Shown here: positions 13,442-26,199 of the stretch, in pieces
Layout of the letters: every line of letters begins with the position of its first letter
How positions within the stretch are numbered: the stretch's first letter is position 1
Origin: Nageia nagi
Taxonomy: Eukaryota; Plantae; Pinophyta
Direction: 5' to 3'
Assembly: GCA_050084985.1 (NCBI GenBank)
Contig: JBITNC010000001.1
Coordinates: 145,948,001-146,012,000 of the forward strand
DNA: 64,000 bases
The notes under the pieces: model-generated
Database searches by the model: none
The model's input: the letters and a program-made list of their open reading frames with translations, nothing else
What the model was told of the DNA's origin: nothing
Position numbers and translations under genes: made by a program

Positions 13442-13815
13442 TTGAATATAAATATATATAATTCAAATTAATTAAAAAAATATATAACAAATTATTACTC
13501 CATAGGCATCCCTTTTGAACTTTTTAAGCTCATTTTGAAATCCACCACTAAGAATTGATTAGAGGGCTGGCTGAAGATGAAATGTATTTTAACCATGGGA
13601 TCTATGATGATTTGGCACTTATATATATATATATAATTGAGTATAAATATATATAATTTAAATTAATAAAAATAAAATATAACAAATTATTACACCATTG
13701 GCATCCCCTTTGAACTTTTTAAGCTCATTTTGAAATCCACCATTGAGAATTGATTAGAGAGCTACCTAATGATGAAATGTATTTTAACCTTAGGATCTAT
13801 GATGATTTAGCACTT
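13440..13815. repeat. Tandem duplication of ~180 bp, each copy preceded by a (TA)n run
   Basis: AATTGA.TATAAATATATATAATT...GGATCTATGATGATTT.GCACTT at 13440-13620 and ~13635-13815, separated by (AT)n at 13621-13634. Confidence 0.9.
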
Positions 13816-14096
13816 ATTTGATCTTTGGTCATTATACAGTTAATGCTAGCATGCTGCTTTTTGTTCTCCACTTGTTATACTGTTAATACTAGCAAAGAGT
13901 GGATGACTAACCCTAGAAGAGAGTGGATGATTAACCCTAGGATTGCAGGTTTGTTACATCCACTAACTTAGGAAGCAATATTTCATCCACTAACTTTGGT
14001 TTGATAAAAAATTAAAAAAAACAAAGGAGAAGCAACATATGCTCCACCAAAAGTGAACAATAGAAGTGACCAAAAGTGAAATAAGTAACAAAATGA

Positions 14097-14180
14097 GTGA
14101 GAAGAAGTGAGCAATAGGAGACACAAAGGAGCAAAAGAAAGTGAGAAGAAGTCTACAATAGGAGACACAAGGGAGCAAAG
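14097..14180. repeat. ~44 bp tandem duplication
   Basis: GTGAGAAGAAGT..CAATAGGAGACACAA.GGAGCAAA occurs twice. Confidence 0.75.
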
Positions 14181-14558
14181 GAGCTAACATCATAAAGTAA
14201 GGTTTCAATGCAACTTTTCAGTTTCTATATATGAATATGAGATGGTTAGTTCAATTTTTTGATGAAAAGCTTGCATAATACTTTTTCAACATGAAAAATA
14301 TTTAATTGATTAAAAAAAAAGAATGATAATTAAGAATTTGAAAACATAGAATTAGACAAAGGATGTTGATTAATCCAATAAAATTTCATAATAACCAAGG
14401 GAATCATAGAATAAAATCTATATCCCTTATCATATAACATGGCCAATTGCTATACATTAACAAACATTGCATTAGAAAAGAATGGAGCCATCTCCCTCTA
14501 CATGACTTCGTAGATGTGGTATAGCACTTCTTTTTCCCACACTTGCCCATGGTCTCTC

Positions 14559-14748
14559 TATTAAAACCATAATCTTATGGTATTTACAAATAAATTGACA
14601 TGTGTCTATCTTAGGCTAACTAGTTTATTAGTTAGTTAGGTTAGTTTAGTTAATTTTTATTTTTAGCAAAGTTATTTACATTATCCTTTTATAAATATTG
14701 TAACACTTTTTTAGGTTAATTGATTTGGAGTTTATGATCAAACCTGCA
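14559..14748 (+). repeat. 5' LTR of copia element (190 bp)
   Basis: Direct repeat of 19931-20122. Ends in CA before the PBS and starts TA (eroded TG). Confidence 0.93.
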
Positions 14749-15130
14749 TTGGTATCAAGGTAGGGTTAAAAGAAACTCCATGTTTTGCATGCTTGTTCCT
14801 TTGTTCATGATAGATTTGTCTTTCACGTACATTGTCTATTGAGGTGGCTTCATTACATGCAGATTTGAAGGAACATTATATATTGAAGGTATAAGAGTAC
14901 TTTGAAGCATTTTAAAATATTTTAATTTTATATTAAAATATTTTTTTCTTTACATATTTTTGGAGTAATAAGGTATATTTTGGACCATTATTATATGATC
15001 CCAAGGATGTCATTCTACGATTCCATAAATTCTAGAAAATGAGGATCCAAAAACTTTTGATGAAGATTTTCATGTCTATGGTATAAATACAATTTTACAT
15101 GATCTCTAACAAATAGTAATTTAACATTAA

Positions 15131-15526
15131 CTTATTTCTAAGTACAACCCACCAGCCCTACAGATTGATTACAAAGCTAACTTTGAAGATAATGACTATT
15201 TTGATTGTGTACCCATTCTAAGTGATAGCGATGACAATGAACCAAAAGAACTTCTAGCAAATTCTAGTGAAGAATACACACCAACACCAGAGCCACCTAA
15301 ATTCATTATTCTTAGTGATAGTGAAGAATTTGAAGAATCTCATTCTGATTTTGAATTTTGGGTATTCATAGTATCACTAATTCAGCCACTTGCTCCAAAG
15401 ATAATCATTGTTAGTAATGATGGTGATGTCGATAATTTTGATCCAAAAGATATCAGTTACCCTATGGCAGTTGATCAACAAATTGGTGAGCAAGTTAATT
15501 ATTTATGGATTGAATTGGATATGTAA
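15131..15526 (+). other. Stop-free 131-codon acidic reading frame in the copia leader, with no in-frame ATG near its start
   Basis: LISKYNPPALQIDYKANFEDNDYFDCVPILSDSDDNEPKELLANSSEEYTPTPEPPKFIILSDSEEFEESHSDFEFWVFIVSLIQPLAPKIIIVSNDGDVDNFDPKDISYPMAVDQQIGEQVNYLWIELDM*. Confidence 0.45.
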
Positions 15527-15662
15527 ATCTTCTTATACATACTCATGCTCATTTTTTGTAGTAATTAAGCAAAGAAGTTTCTTATTTTATACAAGAAAGA
15601 TTGTGTTTCAAGTTACTTCTTCAGATATCTTTTAAGGTTAACAATTTTTTAGTTTATTCAAG

Positions 15663-18600
15663 ATGCATTCCTTAGTAACCATAATTGAAGTTATTTTGAT
15701 GGGACAATCCAATCAGTCTGAGTGGTATCAAAAGATTAAGCACACACTAATATTCAATGATTTTTGGGAGGGTGTATGTGATGGTGACATTGAACCCACT
15801 CCACTAATTGATGACAAGAGCTTATAGTTTGGAACATGAAGAATTGTAAAGTGTATGCCCTAATAGTAGCCTCTATCAGTGAAGAGGTACATAGGCATAT
15901 CACTTCAATTGATGATGCTTGGAATGCACTTGAAACATTGAAAGAGTTATATGACTCTCATTCATTGTTGGAATTGATTCAACTCCAAGTCAAGCTCTTC
16001 AACTTACAATTACAGAATAATGATCCTATGGCACTCATTTCAAAGATTAAATGAATTATGTTTGATATTAAAGCTACTAGTATTACCATAGACATTGCTC
16101 TTGTAGCCTTGATTAAGGCCCTCTATTCAAGCTACTCAACTTATCTTGAATCTTTGCAAGAAACTAGTCAGTTAGGTTCTCTCACATTCAACACCTTAGC
16201 AAAGAAGATTACAGAGCAAGAGAAAGCTTTTGGAAAGAAAAACAATGACACCACTTTTGAATCTTTGGGATTTGCTCAATTAAGAAAGAATACATCTTAT
16301 GATTCTTCTTATGAAGAAAGTAGCAATACAGATCATGGTCTGCAAAATTTCTAAGGAAGGGAGGGTAAAACTCAAGGTAGTCATGGTAACAAAAGTGACA
16401 AGTCCCATATTTTTTGCACTACATGTGAATGAAAGGACCATGAAGCTGCTACATTCACACTCCATGGGAGAAAATTATTGAAAAGGAAGAGTAATAAAGT
16501 GATCAGAGTAAGAACTTTGCATCAACTCATTTCATTATTGCTGAATGTAACATTTGATTTAGTGAAATGCTAAATTTTTGATATGCATCGTGGGAAGATG
16601 CATGGTTTCTTGATACAAGTGTAACATGCCATATGAATTTTAGGAGGTATTTCTTTAAATAAGTAAATGAATACATTTATGGTACAATCTACTTTATAGA
16701 TCGATCAAAATTTAAACCATATGGAATTGGCTCAATCAAGATCAAACTACCAAGTTTTCCAGATTTTTTGCTTTAAAATGTACTTTATCTTACAAAATTA
16801 TAGAGAAATTTTCTTTCCTTTATTCTAGTTCTATAATAAGGACATACCATCAATATATTTGATGATAAGATAAAGATATGATGATCTTCTAACAACAAGG
16901 TTGTTTTGCTTGGTTTGGAGGATGGAAAGCTATTGAAGCTCATTGGCACTTCTATTTGATCAAGGGATTCTGCATTCCTTTCCCATTAAGAAAAAGGTAC
17001 ACTCCCATCCATTCTTTTGTGGTATGCTAGATTTGGATACCTTAATATTGATGACCTATGTATTTTAAAGAAATGAGGTTTTAGTGGTTTGCCTACCATT
17101 GCTAGGAACATTGCCCCTTGTGAAGATTATATCCTAGGAAAGCACCATAAACATTCATTTATAGATTCCTAAAGGAGAATTAGTAGAAAACTTGAAGTAA
17201 TTCATTTTGATTTGTGTAGTCCATTTTTTGTTTTTTCTATAGCTGGTAATAGATATATTATGACCTACATTGATGATTACTTTTAGATGTCTTGGGTTTA
17301 TTTCATAAAACATTAGTCTAAAGATTTTTCCAAATTCAAAGATTTTTATATGAGAATTGAAAATGAAGGCTATACTAGTATAGGTAATCTTCATTCTGAA
17401 AATGGGGGGAATATACTTCAAATGACCTCAAATCTTAGTTACAACAACATGGGATTAAACATTAGACCATTGTTCCATATAACTTGCAACAAAATGGTGT
17501 TGTAAAAAGATTGATTAAAACCCTATTGAATATGGTATGTGCAATGATATTCTTCAAGAATATCAAAATCATATTTTGGGATGATGTAGTTTAATGTGCT
17601 ACTTATTCAAAAAACAAATGTCATTTTCATGCTCTCAAGGATATGACTCCATTCAAAATGTGGTTTGGTGGTGTTCCTTTCATGTGTTATCTTAGGATTT
17701 TTGGTTCCACAATGGACTTATTCCTAAGGAATAATGTAGCAAGCTTGATGCTAGGATTCAAAAGTGTATTTTCTTGGGTTATTTAGACACAACAAAGGGA
17801 TACAAGCTTTATGATGAGGTAAACAAGATGTTTCTCTTTGCTAAAGATGTATGTTTTCTTGAATTTTATAGGAGTGACAATGATGTTGAGCAATAGCTTG
17901 ATCACCTTGATTGGTTTACCGACAAAAAGCATTATTTTGAAGTTGATTATGAAATTTTAAATCTTATAGGGGGAATTCCTATCTTGGATCAAAATTTGGA
18001 ATTTTACCACTAGTTCCTAAAAAATAAACACCAAATGTACCCCCTCTAATAGGTTCTTCCAATTCATTAGTTCTAGTACTTGAGAGTTGGTTGGATAATG
18101 TGATTGAAGGGATTGATCAATTGAGTCTTGATGGAAGTGAAGTTCCACCTCAATTGAGTGATCAATTAGAATAGTTAGAGAAGATTCCAAAGTGGGCCTC
18201 AAGAACACTTGAAAGTGTTCATCTTGACAAAATGGGGATGATAGGAACTCAAAGTTACTACAGTGGAACACAAGGAAGTGGAGCAGTAGAAGATTCAGTT
18301 TCAGGTGATGAAAATAATGATGATATTTTTATTGATGATCTAAAATATAATATTAATATGGAATTGAATTATTTTGCTGATTTTGAGTCATCTTCCTTCA
18401 AAGAAGCTATTTCTCATGATGCTTGGATAGAAGCCATGAAGAAAGAGTATGATACTCTCATCAAGAATGGGACATGGAAGTTGGTAGATCCTCCATATGG
18501 AACCAGACCTATTAGATGCAAGTGGGTTTAAAAGAATAAGTATAAATCAGATGTCTCACTTGATAAAAATAAAATGAGGCTTATTACAAATGGTTTTGCA

Positions 18601-19920
18601 TAGAGAGAAGGCATTGACTATGATGAGACTTTTTCTCCTACAGCCAAATGGGATACCATTCATTCTTTATTGGCTATGTTTGCTCAGCATGCATGGAAGG
18701 TTCATCACATGGATATGAAGATGGCTTTCCTAAATGGTGATCTAAAAGAGAATGTTTACATTATGTAACTAGAGGGATTTGCAGTTAATGGTCAAAAGCA
18801 TAAGGTATTCAAGCTTATCAAGTACTTTGAATGGATTGAAGCAAGCTCCTCATGCATAGTTTGAAAAGCTTATTGAATATCTTTTGAAGTTGAATTTCAA
18901 GCACTACAACCTTGACGATGCAACATTGTTTGTTAAGAAATTTAGCAACATTGTTATATATCTAGTAGTGTATGTAGATGATCTATTGATTATAGGGAAC
19001 AATGAGAGATATATAGCATTTGTGAAACAAGAATTGAAGAAAGGATTTGAAATGATAGATATGGACCTACTTCACTACTATTTGGATGTTGAAGTGAATC
19101 AAACATCAAGTTATATTTTTATTTCACAAAACAAGTACATTGTAGAGTTGTTGAATAGATTTGGTATGGAAGATTGTAATCCTTTCTATGCTAATCAAAT
19201 AGAACTTAAAGTTGAAATTAGTTGAGGAAAATCAATTTGAGGATGCTACTAAATTCAAATAGTTAATAGGAAGTCTCATTTATCTAACAAAAACCATACC
19301 AAATATTTCATTCATGGTTGGAATTCTTTCTCAATTTATGCACGTACCTTGTGAAGGCCATTGGTTAGTAGCAAAGAGAGTTCTTCCATATTTGAAAGGA
19401 ACTCAAAATTTTGGGCTAAAATATTAAAAGGTTAGAGATTTTAAACTACTTGGATATTCTGATTCAAACTTTGTTGGTGATAAGAAAAATTGAGTTTCAA
19501 CTTTCGAATATCTTGTGAGTCTTGGATCAACAACTATTTCTTAGAGATCATGAAAATAATTAGTTCCAGCAGATTCCACCACTATGGTAGAATATGTGAT
19601 TGCTACAGAGGCAACAAAAGAAATTGTGTAGCTTAAGAAAATACTAGAATATTTGTAGGAGAAAAAAGTACTTCCAACTTTGCTTTTCATCAATAATACT
19701 TTTGCAATCAAATTGACCAAGAATCCAAGGTTTCATGATAAACAAAAAGCATATCAATACAAAGTATCATTTGATTTGATATCATGTAGAGATCAGGACA
19801 ATTTGGGTAAAATGTTTTTCCAGTGAAGAACAAATCTCAGACATCTTCACCAAGACGCTTGAAAGAGAGAAGTTTGAGAAGTTTAAAACAATGCTCAAAC
19901 TTACAAATACCCTTCAGATT
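15663..19920 (+). pseudogene. Copia gag-pol polyprotein pseudogene
   Basis: Gag (GQSNQSEWYQKIK; DAWNALETLKELYDS), protease WFLDTSVTCHM (~16600), integrase QQNGVV (~17490), RT (WIEAMKKEYDTLIKNGTWKLV; LVVYVDDLLIIG) and RNase H (EQISDIFTK, ~19830). Many stops and frameshifts. Confidence 0.93.
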
Positions 19921-19930
19921 AAAGGGAGAA

Positions 19931-20122
19931 CGTGAAAACCATAATCTTATGGTATTTGTAAATAAATTGACATGTGTCAATCTTAGGCTAACTAGTTAGT
20001 TAGTTAATTAGGTTAGTTTAGTTAATTTCTATTTTTTTACAATGTTAGTTACATTATCCTTCTATAAATATTGTAACACTTTTTTCAAGTTAATTAATTT
20101 GGAGTTTATTATCAAACTTGCA
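19931..20122 (+). repeat. 3' LTR of copia element (192 bp)
   Basis: Direct repeat of 14559-14748, followed by TSD CTCTC. Confidence 0.93.
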
Positions 20123-20199
20123 CTCTCATGTAACACTAAATGGGTGAGGCCTTCCCTCCACCTCCCTTATCCTGCAATTTACCATAACATTTCTCATTC

Positions 20200-22650
20200 A
20201 AAATACTCAGGAGTAAACCGCACTCTATATATATACTTGGCTGGAATGTGAAAGAGAAATATTTCCAGGAGGACAATGCGATTCAATACCTGGTAAGTTT
20301 TGGTATCATTGACTAAACGTCCAGTGGAAGCCATGAGATGTAGAAATTTGGATTCGTGGCCTATCTTGCCAAGCACCTTATCGGAAAACACCTCCCCCGT
20401 AAATTGTAAAAGTCTTCTTCTCATAATTTCAATATCAATGCCTACTGTATGATTTTGATCGGTGAAATTCTTCTTTTAATCTTGAGCGTGCAGCAAATAA
20501 GCCTCCAACTCCAAGCATCCGACGAGGAGGAGAAGTTTTGGAATACACCTTTGCTTTGAATGGCAGAATATACAGATAGAGATAGAGAGCAACATTGAAC
20601 CCCAGGAAATGAGATACGTTGAGGAGGATTTATTTATAATATTTCCTGTTGCACTGCTATATGCTTCTGTTATTGCAACATTTCTTCAAAGTTCTCCCTG
20701 CATTTACAATGACACTTACAGTTACAAATAGGATACACAGTAAAAGAAGTCAGAATTGAAAAAGCAAAATTTTAGTAGAAATAAACACATGCATGTATAA
20801 AAAAAAGGTGGCTGGTGACCTTATTTACAATTTTCGAAAGGATTATTGTGGAATGTTGGTTTACATGGCAACTAATGTTGCAAAATAACAAAACTGAGCT
20901 GGGTTTCTCGCTATTATTGCCCATAGATCAACACTAGAAATAATAAAAATAAATATAGACTTCATAGGAAATAATGAGATATTCAAAATATATGCTTAAA
21001 TTGCAATTATAATGTGATGTTGGATGCGAGACATAAGTGGATTACTAAGGGCATACAGTAGCGCATAATTACCAGAAAGTGCGTGACAGCTTTAGGCACA
21101 GCATCCTGGATATTATTTCTAACAATAAAAATATCCTTACAAGCATACATGTAATAAAAATGTGTGATAAATACTAAATACCTGCCAGACTTTAGACTTG
21201 TTCTTACCCATCAAACAGACTGTGATCTTCCTCATAGCATTTTACGAGTTGGCTGGAATAATACGACACTACACGTTTTGCTTTTTATCTCAACTTAGGT
21301 AGGAGTTATATTAATATCCACTAGATTTTAGAATCAACACTATGAATAAATCATATAAACCTTCCTGTGACACTCAAACAAGTAAACCAATCATTATCGT
21401 CTAGCTATTAAACATTCATCAAAAAATAAAAAGATGTCATCAATCAGCAGAGAAGGGAGGACTTTGGTAAAGTTAATTTGTGAAGTGTGCTTTTCCTTAC
21501 TAATAGTTTACCCTAAAACTGTAAAACGCCATTCTTTGTTCCACAGTTACCAAGATGTCCATATCACAACGAGCATACAAATGTTTTAGGATATTCGACA
21601 ATAAACCACTCACCTTGTAGAGGAGTAATCGCAGATGGTGAGGGGTCCCTCCCTTGTGAATATGTGATTAAAAACTTTAATAAGAAATCAATTTACGCTT
21701 ACAACGAAGGTATTTCAACTTTTAACGGAGTGTATGCAGAAAAAAATGGATTACAGAAAACAATGGAGTCACACCCACAATCAACTATGGCTTTCGAATT
21801 GAAAATCCAAATATATTTCAATCTTTCCAACAGCCTGTCAAGGTGTTCTGGTTCAAAGGTCACAAGACGTGGTCTATTATTATTATTCTTAGCTAAAGTT
21901 TTCTGTTCATATGGATAAATGAGAATTACTAAACACAAAGGATTTGGGCATAAATCGATCTAAGTACTCCTCTTCCTGAAACCATATATTAGAGTACGTA
22001 CCGAGAAAGATGAACACTTTCTGAATGAGTCTACGGGTTTGGGAAGCCTGGCTGCAAATCTTAATTGAGTGATACTGACCAAGGGATTTCTACAAATATT
22101 AATTCCCAACGATTCCACTTGTTGTGGATGCAGAAAACTGTTCAGGTGCCAACTTCTCATGTACCCACGGAGCCTCTTCATGCAAGTCTGAAATGCGTTG
22201 TTAAATGTTTAGCAATACTTAACACTAGCCGTAATATAAAGTATGAGCATGAAGCGGCTACCAAGTAATACAATTATGTAGCTGTTATTCTGTCCTTGTC
22301 AGATTAATGGGCCAAAAAGGTCGTAAGGAAGTCATTAGATTTTATATTAAATAGTTATATGACGACACTCATATTTTCTCCCTACCATTTGTCAATGTTA
22401 TATTAAATAGCCATTTGGTAATATCGTCATTTTAAATCGTATTTTAAAGTTAAAGATAATAGTGTAAGGTTTCACTAAAGCGCCCGACATTTTTTATAAA
22501 AATTGTTATCGTTTTCCTTAAAAAAATATAATTTTTCACTGTTATTTAAATTTACCAGTAATAAAAAAATTTACAATAGTTTTTCGAGTGTAAAGATTCA
22601 AAGCAATGCTTAGTCAGATAGTTATTGGATGCAGAATGTTGACAGCTTCG
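20200..22650 (-). other. CpG-retaining, non-TE-like island; probable 5' part of a spliced minus-strand transcript (gene, pseudogene or lncRNA)
   Basis: CpGs are common here, unlike in the flanks. Minus-strand donors: AAG|GTGAGT (21613), CAG|GTATTT (21181), CTG|GTAATT (21072), CAG|GTATTG (20289). Acceptors: CACAG (21365), TCCAG (21106), TGCAG (20698). The frame from ATG 20595 has one stop (20476-20478) and then reads ...IMRRRLLQ...KTYQ. Confidence 0.35.
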
Positions 22651-23713
22651 TGGTAATTTGTTATTATTTTCTGAAAATCATTCTGTTAATATTTTATAGC
22701 TTAAATCATCCTGCTCTACTCTCTATAGTATCTTAATCTTAGATGGTCTTGTCTATTATATATTTTAATATCTCATAATTGAGAGTTTGACATCTATCCT
22801 TACCAATCCATTTAATAAATATCTATAAAAAAATTAAAGTAATAGGTAAACATGTCATTTTCTCTTTATTGAAATAGCAAAAAAATAAATCATAAACAAA
22901 AATATATTGTATTTATACATTTATAGAGTTAATATTAAATTTAATTTGAAAGATAATATATAAGTAAATTAATTATTAAAAGTTTGATGTATATTTATAT
23001 ATTTAATATAGAATCTATAGTAAAAATGATATTAATTTATGTATTAAATATAGTTTCTAATATAAAGTTTTGAATGAACATTTTGGAATGAAAAGTATTT
23101 ATCTTGATCTTTAGTAAACATAAAATTATTCTCAAGCCTTCCATATTATTTTAAAATACATTTTTATTATGATCTTGTACAATCATAAAACTATTCTTGA
23201 ACCTTCCACATTATTTTAGCATCCATTTACTGACTAACTACAAAAAATGAAATCAATTTACCATTTTTGAAGCCTTCCAAGATGGAATATTTATATTAGC
23301 TTTAATTTTATACATCCAAAAGTTGTCAACAAGGTGAGGTAACATGTTTACAAAAAAAAAACAAATCCATAGGAAAACATGTATTGCATCATCCTTGCTT
23401 TACATTACATAATATTAAAGAACAAGGTCAAAGAATATTAACCTCTATTTATCTTATTTACTTAGTTATTGTTAAATAATAAAAAATGATGAATGGCTAC
23501 AAAAATAATAGTATAATTTCTTAGTAATTCAATTATTACTTTACCTATTTTAGTTGTTAATTTCTATTTTGATGACTCTATTATGTGAAATATTTATCAC
23601 TTGTTTATGAACATCTTTGCCATGTAAATATTTATATTTGTATAATGTACCTAATTATTATATTCCATTATTATTTACAGGCCAATATTTTTCAGTCTAT
23701 TTCAATTTTCATA

Positions 23714-25490
23714 ATGATTGAATTAACAATAGATGGAATTACAAGAATATTTTCAGGCATCTATGTTCTTGAAACACTTTTACAAATTACATGTATAGAG
23801 ACTATTAAATAATCTTCTTCCACAACCATTAAATATTGAATCAACTTGTCAAATGGTTTACATTCCCACTAAGCTTTGCTTCATGTTGAATACAATATTT
23901 TTGTTGTTGAAGAATTTTTGAAGGAAGGAAGTGTTGTTCATCTACATGAATACACTTTTAAAATTTACACCAACTTCATGTATGTTCATATTCTCTTAAA
24001 CCTCCTAAATTTCGCTTTTTAATACTTATTAAGCAATTTGTAATTACTTTGATAATAATCTATTCCATTTATTTGGAGGGCCATTGTAATTAGCCACCTA
24101 GAAATAGTTGGAAATAGGATGTTACTTGTTAGAGTTCCAACTTTTCTCCTCCAAACAAGCAATAACATTATATCAAATAGCTCTCAAAGGCTTTCAAAGT
24201 CATTGTAAAGAAGTATCATTTCATCATAAGGAGAAAGTAGCTACAAGAAGCAACAAAATGAATCCCCTTTGCAACCTATTCTTATTAAAACATTAATAAC
24301 ATATCATAAGGATTAGTACACTAAGGGTATACCTTTAGCAAAAACAAACATTAGAGAATACCATAATGCAAAAGGTAAGGGCAAGGTTTTTGGTTTTGAT
24401 ATAACGGATAAGGACGATTTAGAAATACATGTTACTTACTTCTATGTAGTTGCTGACAAATTTGATAATATTGTTCACACAAATTCTATCTACATTATCT
24501 CTAGTGCTAGCATTGAAGAGGGCAAAAAATAATATCGTACCTCCATACATCCTTATCAAGTAATGATCATGATGTCATCGATTGTAACTCCTTTAACATG
24601 TCTTGAATCTACAATACAAATAAATGTTTTACATATAAAAATCCATAGATTTGTTGGTTTATTACCTCGATAATTCTCTTATTGATGTGATTGGTATAAT
24701 TTGTTTTATTTCTTCTACTTCAACTTTGCATAAGAAAAATGGAACAGAAACAAAGAAATGCACTACAAAAATCATGGATGTTTCAGATTTTACTATTGAT
24801 GTTACACTATGGGGTGAACATTATGAAGTAGAAGGTAAACAACTTTTAGATATGCCTCAGAAACCAAATCCTACTATTATTCTAATCAAATCTGGATGTT
24901 TGTCCACTTATAATAGAAAGAAAATAATTTTCACTTATCCAACCAACATCCAAATCAATCTAGAATTAGAATAAGCCTCATCCTTATGAACATAGTATTC
25001 TTCCATGGATAGTAACCAACCTACTATTTCCATTTCAAATAATTAGGGTTCAACTACCAACTTTGAAAATCCAATAAAAATCATACAAATCATTGAAAAA
25101 AAGTTCCTTACAAAGGAATAAGTTTATTATCCTTCTTGCCCTCAATTTGTAACAAGAAAAAAATATAATTAACAAGTTATAAAAAAAGTGAACAATAGCT
25201 TTTAATGTCCTAAATGCTTAGTTAAACTCATTGAATGTGACTTCAACTACCCATTAAAAATGAATATTCAATACGACATAGGTGAACTTTAAAAAACTAT
25301 AGCATTTGAAGGGCCTTCAAGTGTGTTGTTAGGTGTTGGTGCAAAATATTTGCAACTACTGTTACTAGAACATGATGCAACACAAGACATTTTCATCAAA
25401 GTTGTAAATTATGATTTCTTGATGTAAATATCCATTACCATGAATTATTTATCTAATCAAGAAATGGAAAAATTGTGATTATAGCCATTA
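23714..25490 (+). pseudogene. RPA1: Helitron-borne replication protein A 70 kDa subunit (RPA70) pseudogene, plant RPA1A/C-like
   Basis: All four OB domains are recognisable: N-terminal DBD-F (MIELTIDGITRIFSG..LLQIT..LSNG..EGSVVHLHEY), DBD-A (IREYHNAKGKGKVFGFDITDKDDLEIHVTYF..VADKF), DBD-B (NSLIDVIGII..KKNGTETKK..DVTLWGE..EGKQL) and DBD-C with Zn finger (YYPSCP..CPKC..ECDFNY). The GT-AG intron 23980-24078 splices in frame. Confidence 0.88.
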
Positions 25491-25499
25491 AGAAAATTT

Positions 25500-25840
25500 T
25501 ATTTTATTTTTGTAATGACTCCTACATCTAAAATAAGTTTTCAATCAAGATATGACAAATATTTTTATTACAGTAATAAGGATAGTTTAGTTTTATATTT
25601 GTAATGACTTCTACATTTGGAACAAGTTTTTAGAATAATCATTGAGTATATCTCCAACTATTGAAGGAAACATAATGAACATGTGAAAAACTTTCTGATT
25701 ACATCCATTAAGGTAGTTTAATTTTTTTTTTGTAATGACTTCTATATTTGTAATAACTTTTTGGTTGAGATATCAAAAACTTTGTGATAACAACAACTAT
25801 AGTAGTTGAATTTTATATTAGTAATGACTTCTACAACAAG
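25500..25840. repeat. Four dispersed copies of GTAATGACT(T/C)CTA with diverged flanks
   Basis: Copies at ~25511, 25600, 25731 and 25820, with spacings 89, 131 and 89. Confidence 0.7.
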
Positions 25841-26199
25841 TAATAAAATTTATTTGAATTATATTTTGTAGTTATGCATAAGTAAATAATATCACAAGTT
25901 GATTACCTTTCTTATTTCTTTAATGCAAACGATAAATTTTCTCCAAGTTTTAAGAATAGTTATGCATAAATAAAGATTACAACAAATTCAATTTCTTTAT
26001 GACTTACATTTATTTCTTTTACTTTCTTATATAACCTATTTCATATTTATTGAGCATAATATTTATTAATATTTATCCTTAGAATATTTGTACATTGAAA
26101 TGAAAAATGAGGCAAATAAAGTATGATGAGAATTCAAAAATCAATTAGCTAGAGCATGCTACCAAGAAAAAAATGATAGCATCAATGCAAGAAGATGAA

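Larger units (their letters stand above)
14559..20122 (+). mobile_element. Full-length decayed Ty1/copia LTR retrotransposon
   Basis: LTRs at 14559-14748 and 19931-20122. TSD CTCTC at 14554-14558 and 20123-20127. PBS TGGTATCA at 14750 and PPT AAAGGGAGAA at 19921-19930. Domain order is gag-PR-INT-RT-RH. Confidence 0.95.

Noticed and set aside
20580-20700. miRNA hairpin (TTGCA..TGCAA dyad)
   Set aside because: The stem is too short and I recognise no conserved plant miRNA in it.
23714-25490. Functional host RPA1 gene
   Set aside because: It has multiple stops and frameshifts, is CpG-depleted like the TEs, and sits directly upstream of a Helitron RepHel.
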